This document shows, piece after piece, positions 8,130 to 18,405 of a stretch of 64,000 nt of DNA. The DNA comes from Candidatus Dormiibacterota bacterium (GTDB lineage Bacteria; Chloroflexota; Dormibacteria; Aeolococcales; Aeolococcaceae): positions 2,336,001 to 2,400,000 of the forward strand of contig OY970355.1 in the NCBI GenBank assembly GCA_963718525.1. Direction: 5' to 3'. Both the position numbers and the translations under genes were made by a program. Positions within the stretch are counted from its first letter, which is position 1. Each line of letters opens with the position of its first letter. The notes under the pieces were generated by a model. The model searched no databases. It was not told the DNA's origin and saw only the letters and a program-made list of their open reading frames with translations.

Positions 8130-9530
8130 ATGAATGCAACCGCCGTGCAGCGAACGTCGACCGGACAGCTCGCGGATTTCTTCTGCGCGCTACGGCCCGA
8201 GGATATCCCCGAGCATGTTCGCGATGACGCGCGCTGGCGACTGGTCGACACCGTCGGGGTGGCGCTCGCCGGTTCGCGCATGGATTTCGCGGAGATGGTT
8301 CGCGGCGTGTTTGCTGACATGGGCGGAAGCGAGGAGGCGACCGCGTTCGCCGTTGGTAATCGGCTCCCCGCGGCGCACGCGGGCTTCGTGAACGGCGCGT
8401 ACGCGCACGGCCCCGACTACGACGACACGCACAGCATTGCAATGGTGCACATCGGTTGTACCGCGGTTCCCTCGAGTCTTGCCATGGCGGAACGCCAGGA
8501 CGCAAGCGGTGCGGAGATGCTCACCGCACTCGTCGCCGGGGCAGAGGTGGGACTGCGCATCGGTGCCGCTGCGCCGCATCGCTTTCACCATCGTGGCCTG
8601 CACGCCACCAGCGTCGCGGGTCCGTTCACCTCGGCGATGGCCGCGTCCCGGCTGCTGCGTCTCGACGCAGCACGCACCATCAACGCGCTCGGTCTGGTTG
8701 GGAGTCAATCGAGCGGACTGCTGGTCGGATTGCATGACGGAAGCTGGGTGAAACGCCTCCATCCCGGTTGGAGCGTGCAGGCGGGCATCACCGGCGCGCT
8801 CCTGGCGCAGCGCGGCTTTCTTGGCCCGCACGAAGTGCTGGAGAGCCCCTGGGGCCTCTATGGCGTCCTCCTGCACGGAGACGAGGAGCCGTACGACATC
8901 GATGAGCTGACCTCCGGGTTGGGCGAGCGCTGGCTGCTGCCCGACACGACGTACAAGCCGTACAGCAACGGCGCATGGAACCACTCGTCGATGGATGCGG
9001 TGGTCGCGCTGATGCACGAGCACGGCATCAACCACGCGGACATCGCCCGCATCGACGCGGCCGTGCCCGTCGAGTGCATCACGGTCGTGTGCGAACCACG
9101 GGACGCCAAGATCCATCCGCATACGCCGTACCACATGAAGTTCAGCCTTCCCTATTCGGTGGCAATCGTCGCGGTGCTTGGTCATGCGGACGTCGAGGAC
9201 TACACGGACGAAGTCCACGCCAACCCGGACATCGCAGACCTGGCAGCGCGCATCTTCTGCCACGGCGATCCCGATATGCCACCGGCGAGATTCCCGGCGC
9301 GCGTCACGCTGGAGACCCGCGACGGACGGCGATTCGAAAGGGACGTGCCGGCGCAGCGGGGCGGTCCGGGTAATCCCATGCACCCCGCGGATCACCGCGC
9401 CAAATTCCGCGCCAATGCACGCCCCAGCCTGGGGGAAGCGCGTGCCGATGAGCTGCTCGAGTTGCTCGAGAACGCCTGGGAGTCACCCAGGGTTGCGGAC
9501 ATCACCCGGCTGATCACAACCCGCGCATGA
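8130..9530 (+). CDS. MmgE/PrpD family protein
   Basis: NGAYAHGPDYDDTH, GLHATS, WVKRLHPG, FSLPYSVA motifs. Confidence 0.9.
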   Translation: MNATAVQRTSTGQLADFFCALRPEDIPEHVRDDARWRLVDTVGVALAGSRMDFAEMVRGVFADMGGSEEATAFAVGNRLPAAHAGFVNGAYAHGPDYDDTHSIAMVHIGCTAVPSSLAMAERQDASGAEMLTALVAGAEVGLRIGAAAPHRFHHRGLHATSVAGPFTSAMAASRLLRLDAARTINALGLVGSQSSGLLVGLHDGSWVKRLHPGWSVQAGITGALLAQRGFLGPHEVLESPWGLYGVLLHGDEEPYDIDELTSGLGERWLLPDTTYKPYSNGAWNHSSMDAVVALMHEHGINHADIARIDAAVPVECITVVCEPRDAKIHPHTPYHMKFSLPYSVAIVAVLGHADVEDYTDEVHANPDIADLAARIFCHGDPDMPPARFPARVTLETRDGRRFERDVPAQRGGPGNPMHPADHRAKFRANARPSLGEARADELLELLENAWESPRVADITRLITTRA

Positions 9531-9592
9531 CGCGTTAGATCCCGAGGGCGGCCCTGCCGTACATCGCTTTCGTCCCGCGCGGGTGGGCGAGT

Positions 9593-10054
9593 TTATCTGC
9601 AGGTGGCGCAGAGCCCGAGCACGTCCACGCGATGACTGTGGGGACGGAAGCCCTGCGCGTCCGCAAGCTGATCGAGCTGCTTCGCGATGGTCTTTTCGAA
9701 TGAGGCGGACGGCGTCAGATCGCTCACCTTGCCGCAGTTGGTGCACAGGAAATGGTGGTGATGCTCCGTGAGATCCTCGGCGAGCTCGAACCGTGCGAAC
9801 TCGTCGTTGGCGGCAACACTCCGAACGATCCCGGCACTCTTGAGATCGACGAGGTGCCGGTAGGCCGAGCTTCGCGGCATCGTCGGCAGCAGCTCGGCAA
9901 TGTCGCCGATGCTGACTGGATGACCGGAGTTCAGCAGCAGCTCGACGATCGCGCGCCGGCCGCCGGTGTAGCGCTGGTCGATGCGCCGGAGCCGGTACTC
10001 GACCACGGCATGCAGGGCATCGCTTGTGGCCGAGGCTTCGCTGATCGCGGGCAT
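9593..10054 (-). CDS. Fur/Zur-family metal-uptake regulator
   Basis: RYTGGRRAIVELL, SSAYRHL, HHHHFLCTNCG and C-terminal GLCATC; divergent from a metal ABC operon; start uncertain (10054 or 10072). Confidence 0.92.
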   Translation of the reverse strand: MPAISEASATSDALHAVVEYRLRRIDQRYTGGRRAIVELLLNSGHPVSIGDIAELLPTMPRSSAYRHLVDLKSAGIVRSVAANDEFARFELAEDLTEHHHHFLCTNCGKVSDLTPSASFEKTIAKQLDQLADAQGFRPHSHRVDVLGLCATCR

Positions 10055-10103
10055 CCTTGTATATGAACACATAGTGGACGGGTGCGTCGGACTGGGACTT
10101 GTA

Positions 10104-10120
10104 CTGAGACTGAGTCTTAG
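10104..10120. promoter_or_regulatory. Putative Fur/Zur operator
   Basis: CTGAGACT-G-AGTCTTAG inverted repeat (7/8) inside a hexamer run actggg acttgt actgag actgag tcttag, between TTGTAC (-35) and TAAGCT (-10) of the transporter operon. Confidence 0.6.
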
Positions 10121-10134
10121 GATAAGCTACTACG

Positions 10135-11094
10135 ATGCACCACACAAGTCTCCCGTCAGCAACGATTCCCGGCCCCCGGCATCGCTACGGGGTCATCGCC
10201 GCGGTCGCCGGTGCGGCGCTCGTGGTCACCGCCTGCGGCGCCGGTTCACCAGCAGCCGCCTCGCCAGGGGTGATCAACGCGATCGGGACCGAGAATGAGT
10301 ACGCCAACGTGATGGGCCAGATCGGCGGCTCCTACGTGCACGTGTCGTCGATCCTCAACAACCCCAACACCGACCCGCACACCTACGAGGCCAGCCCGAG
10401 CGTCGCGCAGGAGGTGAGCGCGGCGCAGCTCATCGTGCAGAACGGAGTCGGCTACGACAACTTCATGAACACCATCGAATCGGGGTCGCCGAACTCGAGC
10501 CGGAAGGTGCTCGTTGTCCAGGATCTGCTTGGCCTGCCGGCGAGCACCCCCAACCCACACCTCTGGTACGCACCCACGACGATGCCGAAGGTTGCGCAGG
10601 CGGTGGCGAATGCGCTGGCGGCGCTCCAACCGTCGCACGCTTCGTACTTCCAGGCGCAGCTGCAGAAGTTCGATGCATCGCTGACGCCGTGGTTGACCGC
10701 AATCGCGGGGTTCAAGACCGCGTACGCCGGCACGCCGGTCGCGACCACCGAGCCGGTCGCGGACTATCTCCTCCAGGCAATGGGCGCAGACAATCTCACG
10801 CCCTTCCCGTTCCAGGCCGACATCATGAACGGCGTGGACCCCGCACCTGAAGACATCTCGCTGGAGAACGGCTTCTTCACCGGCCACCGGGTGAAGCTCT
10901 TTTGCTACAACCAGCAGGTGACGAGCGCGCTGACGGTCTCGATCCGTGTCAACGCGGTGAATGCGGGTGTGCCCATCGTCGGCGTGTACGAGACCATGCC
11001 CACCCCTGGCTACGACTACCAGACCTGGATGCTCGCCGAGGTCCGGGCCATTGAAAAAGCCGTGACCCAGGGCGTGTCGACCGAGCACCTCTGA
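10135..11094 (+). CDS. Zn/Mn ABC transporter substrate-binding lipoprotein (ZnuA/TroA family)
   Basis: Lipobox VTAC; DPHTYE, NGVGYD, NPHLWY motifs. Confidence 0.93.
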   Translation: MHHTSLPSATIPGPRHRYGVIAAVAGAALVVTACGAGSPAAASPGVINAIGTENEYANVMGQIGGSYVHVSSILNNPNTDPHTYEASPSVAQEVSAAQLIVQNGVGYDNFMNTIESGSPNSSRKVLVVQDLLGLPASTPNPHLWYAPTTMPKVAQAVANALAALQPSHASYFQAQLQKFDASLTPWLTAIAGFKTAYAGTPVATTEPVADYLLQAMGADNLTPFPFQADIMNGVDPAPEDISLENGFFTGHRVKLFCYNQQVTSALTVSIRVNAVNAGVPIVGVYETMPTPGYDYQTWMLAEVRAIEKAVTQGVSTEHL

Positions 11095-11930
11095 TGGACC
11101 TGCCGCAGGCGCATCCGCGGGGTGAGGTGCTGCACGTCGACCATGTGAGTGTTGCGCTTTCGGGCCGGCAGGTTCTCGACGACGTGAGCTTCAGCGTCCG
11201 TGCGGGGGAGTTCACGGGGGTGATCGGCTCCAATGGGGCCGGCAAGACGACGTTGCTCCGCGTGATCCTCGGCCTGCAACGCGCTGGCTCGGGCAACGTC
11301 ACCATGCCGGCGCAGCCGCGCGCCCGGCGGGGACGCTCGATCGGGTACGTGCCGCAGAAGGTCCTGCTCGATCCGGAGATGCCGATGCGCGCGTGGGATC
11401 TGGTTGCGCTGGGGCTGGACGGGAACCGCTTCGGGGTGCCGATCCGATCGCAGCATCGCCGCCAAACGGTCGACGAGATGCTCAAGGCGGTGGACGCCGA
11501 GCGATTCGCAAATGTGCGTGTGGGGCACCTCTCCGGCGGAGAGCAGCAACGGGTGCTCATCGCGCACGCGCTGGTCAGCCGCCCGCAGCTGCTCCTTCTC
11601 GACGAGCCACTCGCCAACCTCGACCTGGGCAGCAGCCAGGAGGTCGTGACCCTCCTCGGTCGCGTCGCGGCAGAGCAGGGGGTAGCGGTGCTGCTCTCGG
11701 CGCACGAGTTGAATCCGCTCCTGCCCGTCATGGACCGAGTGGTCTATATCGCCGGCGGCAAGGCGGTCAGCGGCACCGCCGACGAGGTGATCCGAGGCGA
11801 CGTGCTCAGCCGCCTCTATGGGCATCACGTCGACGTCCTCCGAGTCCACGGCCGGATCCTTGTCGTGGCGGGGGAGGAGAACGCGGACCTCGCGGCCCAC
11901 GAGGCCGACGTCGTGGTCGGTGCGGGCTGA
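11094..11930 (+). CDS. Metal ABC transporter ATP-binding protein (ZnuC-like)
   Basis: Walker A GSNGAGKT, GYVPQ, LSGGEQQR, LLLLDEP. Confidence 0.93.
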   Translation: MDLPQAHPRGEVLHVDHVSVALSGRQVLDDVSFSVRAGEFTGVIGSNGAGKTTLLRVILGLQRAGSGNVTMPAQPRARRGRSIGYVPQKVLLDPEMPMRAWDLVALGLDGNRFGVPIRSQHRRQTVDEMLKAVDAERFANVRVGHLSGGEQQRVLIAHALVSRPQLLLLDEPLANLDLGSSQEVVTLLGRVAAEQGVAVLLSAHELNPLLPVMDRVVYIAGGKAVSGTADEVIRGDVLSRLYGHHVDVLRVHGRILVVAGEENADLAAHEADVVVGAG

Positions 11931-11937
11931 CCTGGCG

Positions 11938-12843
11938 ATGGGCCAGTTCCTCAGCTGGATCTTCGAGCCGGGCTTCTTTGACAGTCAGCCCGTGCACGTG
12001 GCCATCCTCATCGGCAGCGCCACCGCGATCGTCTCCGCGATCGTCGGAGTCTTCACGGTCATGCGCGGCCAGTCCTTTGCGGGTCACGCGCTGACGGACG
12101 TTTCCACGGCAGGTGGGTCGGGTGCCTTTCTCCTCGGCCTCAGCCCGCTCTTCGGGTTCGTCGGTCTCGGTGTGGTCGGCGCCTGCGTCATGGAGCTGAT
12201 CGGCATCCGCCGAGTTCGCGGGCGGGACCTCGCGACGGGGATCATCCTGGGTGCCTCCATAGGTCTGGCGGCGCTCCTGCTGTATCTCGACACGAGCTCG
12301 GGCGCAACGACGGGCGCGACTCAGCAGATCCTGTTCGGCTCGATCTTCACCATCGAGACCTCGACGATCCCGATCGTCATCAGCTTCAGCGTGATTGCAC
12401 TCGTGATCATCGCCGCCGTCTACCGGCCCCTGCTGCTGAGCTCGGTGAGCAATGACATCGCCGCCGCCAAGGGGGTTTCGCTGCGACTGATCGGGTTGCT
12501 GTTCATGCTTGCGCTGGCGGTATCGGTCGGCCTGTCCTCACTCACCATCGGCGCCATCCTTTCCACAGCGTTGCTCGTCGGCCCCGCCGCCACCGCGTTG
12601 CGGATGACTGCGAGATTGGGGGTGGCGCTCATCGTCGCCTGCGTCATCGGCATCGGGGTCACCTGGCTCGGCGTGCTGCTTGCCTACGACAGCTATTACT
12701 GGGGATCGAGCCGCCAGGGCTTTCCCGTCAGCTTCTTCATCGTTGCGCTCGTGTTTGTCCTGTACGTCATCTCCGGCTTCTCAGGCATCCGTGCCGTGAC
12801 GTCGCGTCGAGAAAGGGCCGTGTTGCGAGGGGCCGAGGCGTGA
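11938..12843 (+). CDS. Metal ABC transporter permease (ZnuB/ABC-3)
   Basis: GVFTVMRGQSFAGHALTD, ILFGSI, YRPLLLSS..AAAKGV; multiple TM helices. Confidence 0.9.
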   Translation: MGQFLSWIFEPGFFDSQPVHVAILIGSATAIVSAIVGVFTVMRGQSFAGHALTDVSTAGGSGAFLLGLSPLFGFVGLGVVGACVMELIGIRRVRGRDLATGIILGASIGLAALLLYLDTSSGATTGATQQILFGSIFTIETSTIPIVISFSVIALVIIAAVYRPLLLSSVSNDIAAAKGVSLRLIGLLFMLALAVSVGLSSLTIGAILSTALLVGPAATALRMTARLGVALIVACVIGIGVTWLGVLLAYDSYYWGSSRQGFPVSFFIVALVFVLYVISGFSGIRAVTSRRERAVLRGAEA

Positions 12844-12869
12844 ACGAGCGCCGGCGGGAGGTCTGAACC

Positions 12870-13697
12870 GTGTTCTCGGACTTCATGGTCAATGCCTGGA
12901 CGATCGCGACCGTCGTGGCGGTGATCGCAGGGATCGTGGGCTTCTTCGTGGTGCTGCGCGGTTCGGCGTTTCCCGCGCATGCAATTCCCAATGGGGCATT
13001 CGCCGGCGCCGCGGCCGCGAATGTCTTCGGATTCAACGCCCTGCTCGGCCTCGGGGTGTGCGCCGTGCTCGCGGCCCTCGGGATCGGGATTCTCGGCAGG
13101 CGCGGGCGCCAGGATGTGGTCACCGCGCTCGCCCTGGTGTTGCTGCTCGCAATCGGTGCGGTGTTCCTGAGCCGCAGCAGTGAGTACGAACCCCAGATCT
13201 ATTCGTTGCTGTTCGGTGAGGTCCTCGGTGTGAGCACGACCGAGATCCTCCCTGTCGTCGCCCTCGGCATCGTCTGCATTGCGGCGGTGGCATTTCTCTA
13301 CCGTCCGCTGATGCTGTCCTCCATTCTTCCGGAAATCGGCGAAGCCAAAGGCGTGAGCGCCCACCGCATCGAAATGGCATTTCTCGTGGTCGTCGCGATT
13401 GCCACGGCCATGACCGTTCCCGTCGTCGGGGCGCTGCTCATCTTCAGCCTGATGATCGGACCTCCCGCTGCTGCTCGCTCCTTCACCGACCGCCCGCTTC
13501 TCGCGATCCTCCTGTCGATCGGCATCGCGCTGATCACGGTGTGGAGCGCGATCGCCATCTCGTACCTTTCCAACTGGCCGATCGGCTTCTTCGTGGGCGC
13601 GATCAGCGCTGTCTGCTACGGCGTCGGCCGAGGTTGGGTCGCGGTTCGACGTGGCAGGGCGGTGCGTGCGGCAACGCGCCGTCAACTCGCCGTCTGA
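12870..13697 (+). CDS. Second metal ABC transporter permease (ZnuB/ABC-3)
   Basis: GFFVVLRGSAFPAHA, LLFGEVLGV, VVGALLIFSLMIGPPAAAR. Confidence 0.9.
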   Translation: MFSDFMVNAWTIATVVAVIAGIVGFFVVLRGSAFPAHAIPNGAFAGAAAANVFGFNALLGLGVCAVLAALGIGILGRRGRQDVVTALALVLLLAIGAVFLSRSSEYEPQIYSLLFGEVLGVSTTEILPVVALGIVCIAAVAFLYRPLMLSSILPEIGEAKGVSAHRIEMAFLVVVAIATAMTVPVVGALLIFSLMIGPPAAARSFTDRPLLAILLSIGIALITVWSAIAISYLSNWPIGFFVGAISAVCYGVGRGWVAVRRGRAVRAATRRQLAV

Positions 13698-13841
13698 CTG
13701 TCAGCTCTCGGGATCGGCCGCAGCCCCGCGAGCAGCCGGAATGACATCACGGGTGGCCGAACTGACGACGTCGGCGGCTGCGCTTGTCGACAAGGCGGCG
13801 CGACCTGTGGTCGTCGAGACCTCGCTGCAGGCGCCGGAGAC

Positions 13842-14486
13842 CTAGGCGACCCGTTCGGGGGCCAGCAGGCGGGCGATCGTCTCGACGACACGGCTGACCT
13901 CGGGGAGGGCCACGGCGCTGTTCTCACCGGCCATCGCGCGCTGCCAGGCCGCGAGGAAGCAGCTGCTGACGACCATCATGGCGATCGCGTCGTAATCGAC
14001 ATCGGCTCTGATCGCGCCCTGTGCCGCCATCGCGCGCAGATAGTCGGCGATCAGACGCACGCCCCGATGCGGGCCGAGGTCACCTGCGACGAGCCGCTCA
14101 GCGAAGGCCATTCGCAGGCCGGCGTCCGCCTGTATGGCGGCCATGACGGGCATGGCGTGGTCGAAGAAGCCGAGGAGAGCGGCGGTGATCACCCCCAGCG
14201 TGTCAGCCGGGCGCCGTTCGATGGCACCGCTCAGCGCTTCAGGATCAACTGCCTTCAACGGCCCGAGACCGGCCAGGACGGCCTCCTGGAGCAGTCCGAC
14301 CTTGTCGCCGAAGTGGTAGAAGACGCTCGCCTCGGACGTGTGCGCCCTTCTCGCGACCGCACGGGTCGTCAGCTGATCCAGGCCGTCCTTCGAGAGGATC
14401 TCGAGCGCTGCCGAGAGGATCGCCTCACGGACACCCGTTGCCGGGCGGCCGCGCGGACGCCTGGCGGCGCCGGCGGATTCAGCCAC
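13842..14486 (-). CDS. TetR-family transcriptional regulator
   Basis: REAILSAALEIL..GLDQLTTRAVARRAHTSEASVFYHFGDKVGL HTH. Confidence 0.92.
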   Translation of the reverse strand: MAESAGAARRPRGRPATGVREAILSAALEILSKDGLDQLTTRAVARRAHTSEASVFYHFGDKVGLLQEAVLAGLGPLKAVDPEALSGAIERRPADTLGVITAALLGFFDHAMPVMAAIQADAGLRMAFAERLVAGDLGPHRGVRLIADYLRAMAAQGAIRADVDYDAIAMMVVSSCFLAAWQRAMAGENSAVALPEVSRVVETIARLLAPERVA

Positions 14487-14509
14487 GAGGACGGCCCTTC
14501 ACGGCGTAC

Positions 14510-14539
14510 TTGACTTTTCCGAGCATACGGTCAGATAAT
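14510..14539 (+). promoter_or_regulatory. Sigma70-type promoter of the MFS gene with probable TetR operator in the spacer
   Basis: TTGACT-N18-GATAAT; RBS AAAGGAGAG before ATG 14594; imperfect palindromes CCGAGCATACGGTCAG and CTGAGTGAACGCACAG. Confidence 0.5.
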
Positions 14540-14593
14540 ACGCCCTCACATTGCTGAGTGAACGCACAGGAATGAGCTCGAAAGGAGAGTGGC

Positions 14594-16132
14594 ATGGCTC
14601 GAAAGTGGTGGGTGTTGGCTGCGGTCTGCACGGGCGTGATGATGCTGCTGCTCGACGTGACGATTGTGAATGTCGCGCTTCCATCGATCGAGCGAGACTT
14701 CTCGGCATCGCTCACAGACCTCCAGTGGGTGATCAGCGGGTACGCGCTCGCGCTGGCCGCGTTCCTGCTGACGGCCGGTTCTCTCGCAGATCGATACGGG
14801 CGGCGACTGGTCTTCGCCATCGGACTGATCGTCTTCACCGCCGCATCCATGTGCTGCGGCATCTCGACCGGGCCCGTGTTCCTCGTGGTTGCACGCGCGG
14901 TTCAGGGTGTCGGGGGGGCGATCATGTTCGCCACCTCGCTGGCTCTGCTCGCTGACGCGTTCCGCGGTAAGGATCGGGCGGTTGCGTTCGGTGTCTTCGG
15001 TGCGGTGACGGGGGCGGCTGTCGCTGTCGGCCCCGTCCTGGGTGGGGTGATCACCAGCGGCCTGTCGTGGCGGTGGATCTTCTTCGTCAACGTGCCCGTC
15101 GGCGCAGTCGCCCTGCTGGTGACCCTGTTCCGCGTTCCGGAGTCGAGGAGTCCGCACGCCGCACCGCTCGACATCGCCGGCTTCGTCAGCTTCAGCACGG
15201 CGCTGATCGCGCTCGTGTACGGGCTGATCCGCAGCAACGACGCAGGCTGGGGCTCAGCGGAGGTGATCGGATCGCTCTGTGCCGGCGGCGCATTGCTCGC
15301 GCTCTTTGTGGTCATGGAATCCCGATCGTCGCAGCCGATGTTCGACCTCTCGCTGCTCAAGGTGCCGACCTTTGTCGGCGGATTGCTGGCAGCGTTCGCA
15401 ATCTCCGCGTCGTTGTTCTCGCTCCTGACGTACCTGGTCATCTATATGCAGAACATCCTCGGCTTCTCGGCCGTCGACGCCGGCCTGCGGTTCCTGCCAC
15501 TGACCGGCGCGATCTTCCTCACCGCCGGTATCGCCGGCAGGTTGAGTGGTCACGTCCCGCGCCGGTTGCTCATTGGCGCCGGCTTTGCCCTGATCGCCAC
15601 CGGGCTCGTCGCGATGCACGGAGTCACGACCACGACGGACTGGACGCACCTGATTCCGGGCATGGTGCTTGCCGGGATCGGCGCCGGCCTTGTCAACGTA
15701 CCGCTGGTGTCGACCGCCGTGGGCGTCGTCCATCCCAGGCGAGCCGGCATGGCGTCAGGCATCAACAACACGCTGCGGCAAGTCGGCATAGCTGCCGGCG
15801 TCGCCGCGCTCGGCACCATCTTTGCCACGCAGATCCGGCTGAGCGCGACTGCTCATCTCGCCGGCACAGTGCTGGCGTCGCGTGCGCCGGCGCTCGCGCA
15901 CGCGATCAGCATCGGTGGGGTGGGGCAGGCCGTCGCAACGGTGCCGCAACCCCTTCGCGGCGTGCTCGCCGCGGCGGCACGTCAGGCATTCGTCGACGGA
16001 CTCAACCTCATCCTGCTGGTGGGCGCGCTGGCTGCAGGCGTCGCGACCGTGACTTCGTTGATGCTTGTCCGGGAGCGCGACTTCGTTGCGACCCACGATG
16101 ACGCCGAGCCGTTGCTGGACGCTGCCGCGTGA
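14594..16132 (+). CDS. DHA2 (EmrB/QacA) family MFS efflux transporter
   Basis: LDVTIVNVALPSI, GSLADRYGRR, GPVLGG, WRWIFFVNVPVG; 14-TM pattern. Confidence 0.93.
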   Translation: MARKWWVLAAVCTGVMMLLLDVTIVNVALPSIERDFSASLTDLQWVISGYALALAAFLLTAGSLADRYGRRLVFAIGLIVFTAASMCCGISTGPVFLVVARAVQGVGGAIMFATSLALLADAFRGKDRAVAFGVFGAVTGAAVAVGPVLGGVITSGLSWRWIFFVNVPVGAVALLVTLFRVPESRSPHAAPLDIAGFVSFSTALIALVYGLIRSNDAGWGSAEVIGSLCAGGALLALFVVMESRSSQPMFDLSLLKVPTFVGGLLAAFAISASLFSLLTYLVIYMQNILGFSAVDAGLRFLPLTGAIFLTAGIAGRLSGHVPRRLLIGAGFALIATGLVAMHGVTTTTDWTHLIPGMVLAGIGAGLVNVPLVSTAVGVVHPRRAGMASGINNTLRQVGIAAGVAALGTIFATQIRLSATAHLAGTVLASRAPALAHAISIGGVGQAVATVPQPLRGVLAAAARQAFVDGLNLILLVGALAAGVATVTSLMLVRERDFVATHDDAEPLLDAAA

Positions 16133-16195
16133 ACAGAGTCCGACTCCACTCAACCGCCGGCGCCAGAACACCGCAACCACAGGAATGACCAACCA

Positions 16196-16861
16196 ATGGA
16201 ATTGACGATCATCGCAGCGACCGGTGGCGTGGGCCATCTGATCCTTGAACAGGCTGTCGAATCCGGTCATCACGTCACCGCGGTGGCGCGTCATCCCGAG
16301 CGCCTCGACCGTCGCGCTCGTGCGGTGCAGGTCGACTTCTTGCATCCCGATACAGCGGCGTTGCGAAGCGCGATTGAGGGAGCAGATGCCGTCGTGTCAG
16401 CGCTTGGCCCGCAGAATGCAGGCGACGCCGGCATCACATGGCGCGGCACCCAGTCGATCGTGGACGCGATGCTCGCCACAGGCACGCGGCGCATCGTTGT
16501 GATCAGCGCTGCACCGGTGGCGACCACGCCGTCGCCCGGTCGCCCGAACCCGCCGAACCACGATCCCGGCGACGGGTTCTTCACTCGACACCTGGCCATG
16601 CCGATCATCAAGCGGGTGCTCGGCAAGGTGTACATGGACCTTGCGCAGATGGAAGACATCCTTCGCGAGAGTGATCTCGAGTGGACTGCGTTGCGGCCGC
16701 CCCGTCTGACCAACAAGCCTCGTACCGGCACCTATCGGACGGCACACGGACAGAACGTGCGCCGCGGTCTGACGATATCGCGGGCCGATCTCGCTGATGC
16801 CATGCTGCGCGCGATCGGCGACGCAGAGTCGTTCAAAACCACCGTGGGGGTGGCGTACTAG
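16196..16861 (+). CDS. NAD(P)H-binding oxidoreductase (BVR-B/flavin reductase-like)
   Basis: IIAATGGVG Rossmann, ADAVVSALG, LEWTALRPPRL, ISRADLA. Confidence 0.88.
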   Translation: MELTIIAATGGVGHLILEQAVESGHHVTAVARHPERLDRRARAVQVDFLHPDTAALRSAIEGADAVVSALGPQNAGDAGITWRGTQSIVDAMLATGTRRIVVISAAPVATTPSPGRPNPPNHDPGDGFFTRHLAMPIIKRVLGKVYMDLAQMEDILRESDLEWTALRPPRLTNKPRTGTYRTAHGQNVRRGLTISRADLADAMLRAIGDAESFKTTVGVAY

Positions 16862-16939
16862 TCCTCTTCGCCGGGCGAGCGAGGGTCACGATGCGCCATC
16901 GGAGGACGGCATATTGGGACCGCCGGGTAGCCTGGCTTG

Positions 16940-18337
16940 GTGCTGCAACGTCTGACGATATCGCGGATCCTCGGTGTCCTGGCCGTGGTGCTGTGGCTGG
17001 GCGTGGTGATTCCGATCGCGAGCATCGAGATCTCGCTGCTCATCTCGCCGGCGCAAAACGTCGAGGCCGGGGGGCAGTCGCTGGCGCTGAGCGCCGGACC
17101 CTCGGTGTCGACGTCCGGACCGGGAACCCTCGAACTCTTCGGGCAGGCCATCCCCACCACCCAGCAGTTCTCTGGACCGATCCGGCCGCGCCTGCTCTGG
17201 GCCGAGGTCACCCACTACGACCAATTGCTCCAGGCATTGCGCGAGCCGGAACACCTTGGCCAGGATCTTCGCGGCGGCTGGAGCGCGTACTTCACGCGCG
17301 AGCTGCTCATCGCCGTGGCCGTCGCCGTGGTACTTGCTGCACTCGGCTTCGCGCTGCTGCGACGGCGCTGGCAGCTTATCGTGATGGCGATGGTCGTGGC
17401 CGGTGTGGTCACGGGTGTGGTCGGTGCGAGCGCGATCGGCAGCGCAGCACAGGGCTTGCAACAGCTCTCCCAGGTGCGCACGCTCGACCAGCTCGTGGGT
17501 CGTGCGCCGCTTGCCGTCGATGCGGCCAACCCCAGAGGGTCGAACCCACCCGCGAGCACCGTCGTCATCGGTGACTCGACTGCGGCAGGTGCGGGGAATC
17601 CGCCGGTCCCACATGCCACTGCAGAGGACATCGCATGCCGGCGCAGCAGCGACAGTTACGCGGTCGATATCGCGGGGGTGAACCACACCTCGGTGGTCAA
17701 TCTCGCGTGCACCAATGCGTCGATCGAGAATGGCCTGTTCGGGAGCGAGTTCATCAACGGCGTGGTCGTGCCGTCCCAGCTTGGGAAATTGGAGGCGATG
17801 CACGGTGTCAAGACCGTGATCGTCAGCATCGGCGCCAACGAGATGCACTGGACACAGCTGATGGAGTTGTGCTTGGTGGCGCCGCAATGTGATGACACCG
17901 CGTCGGCTGCGTGGTTTCTTCAGGCGCTCGACAGCTTCACCATCGATTACTACGACCTGCTCCAGCGACTGGCGGCGCTCCCAGGGTTGCCCCGGGTCAT
18001 CGTCAACGAGTACTACGACCCGGTCCCCGCACAACCGGCCTGCACCGATCAGCCGGCAGTCACCGCTGCCAAAGCGTCGGTGCTGATGAGCAGGTTGACG
18101 ACCTTCAATACCGTGCTCGCCGACGGTGCCGCCAGCTTCGGGTTCGACGCCGTCGCACCGAGCTTCGCGGGCCACGAACTCTGCACGGCGCAATCGTTCG
18201 TGCAGGGTCTGAGCGACCCCGCGCCGCTGCATCCCAACGCGGCGGGGGAGATCGCCATCGCGCTGGCCGACGAGCAGGCGCTGTTGAACCCTGAACCGCC
18301 GCGCCCGACCAGCGCCGCATCCCCGAGTCCCTCGTAA
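16940..18337 (+). CDS. Membrane-anchored SGNH/GDSL hydrolase
   Basis: N-terminal TM helices; VVIGDSTAAG block I, SIGANE block III, LHPNAAG block V. Confidence 0.85.
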   Translation: MLQRLTISRILGVLAVVLWLGVVIPIASIEISLLISPAQNVEAGGQSLALSAGPSVSTSGPGTLELFGQAIPTTQQFSGPIRPRLLWAEVTHYDQLLQALREPEHLGQDLRGGWSAYFTRELLIAVAVAVVLAALGFALLRRRWQLIVMAMVVAGVVTGVVGASAIGSAAQGLQQLSQVRTLDQLVGRAPLAVDAANPRGSNPPASTVVIGDSTAAGAGNPPVPHATAEDIACRRSSDSYAVDIAGVNHTSVVNLACTNASIENGLFGSEFINGVVVPSQLGKLEAMHGVKTVIVSIGANEMHWTQLMELCLVAPQCDDTASAAWFLQALDSFTIDYYDLLQRLAALPGLPRVIVNEYYDPVPAQPACTDQPAVTAAKASVLMSRLTTFNTVLADGAASFGFDAVAPSFAGHELCTAQSFVQGLSDPAPLHPNAAGEIAIALADEQALLNPEPPRPTSAASPSPS

Positions 18338-18405
18338 GCTGGGGCGCGACGTTTACAGGGGCACGTCGCTCGGCGTGTCGTACCGCACCACGGAGGGAGT
18401 CGCAC

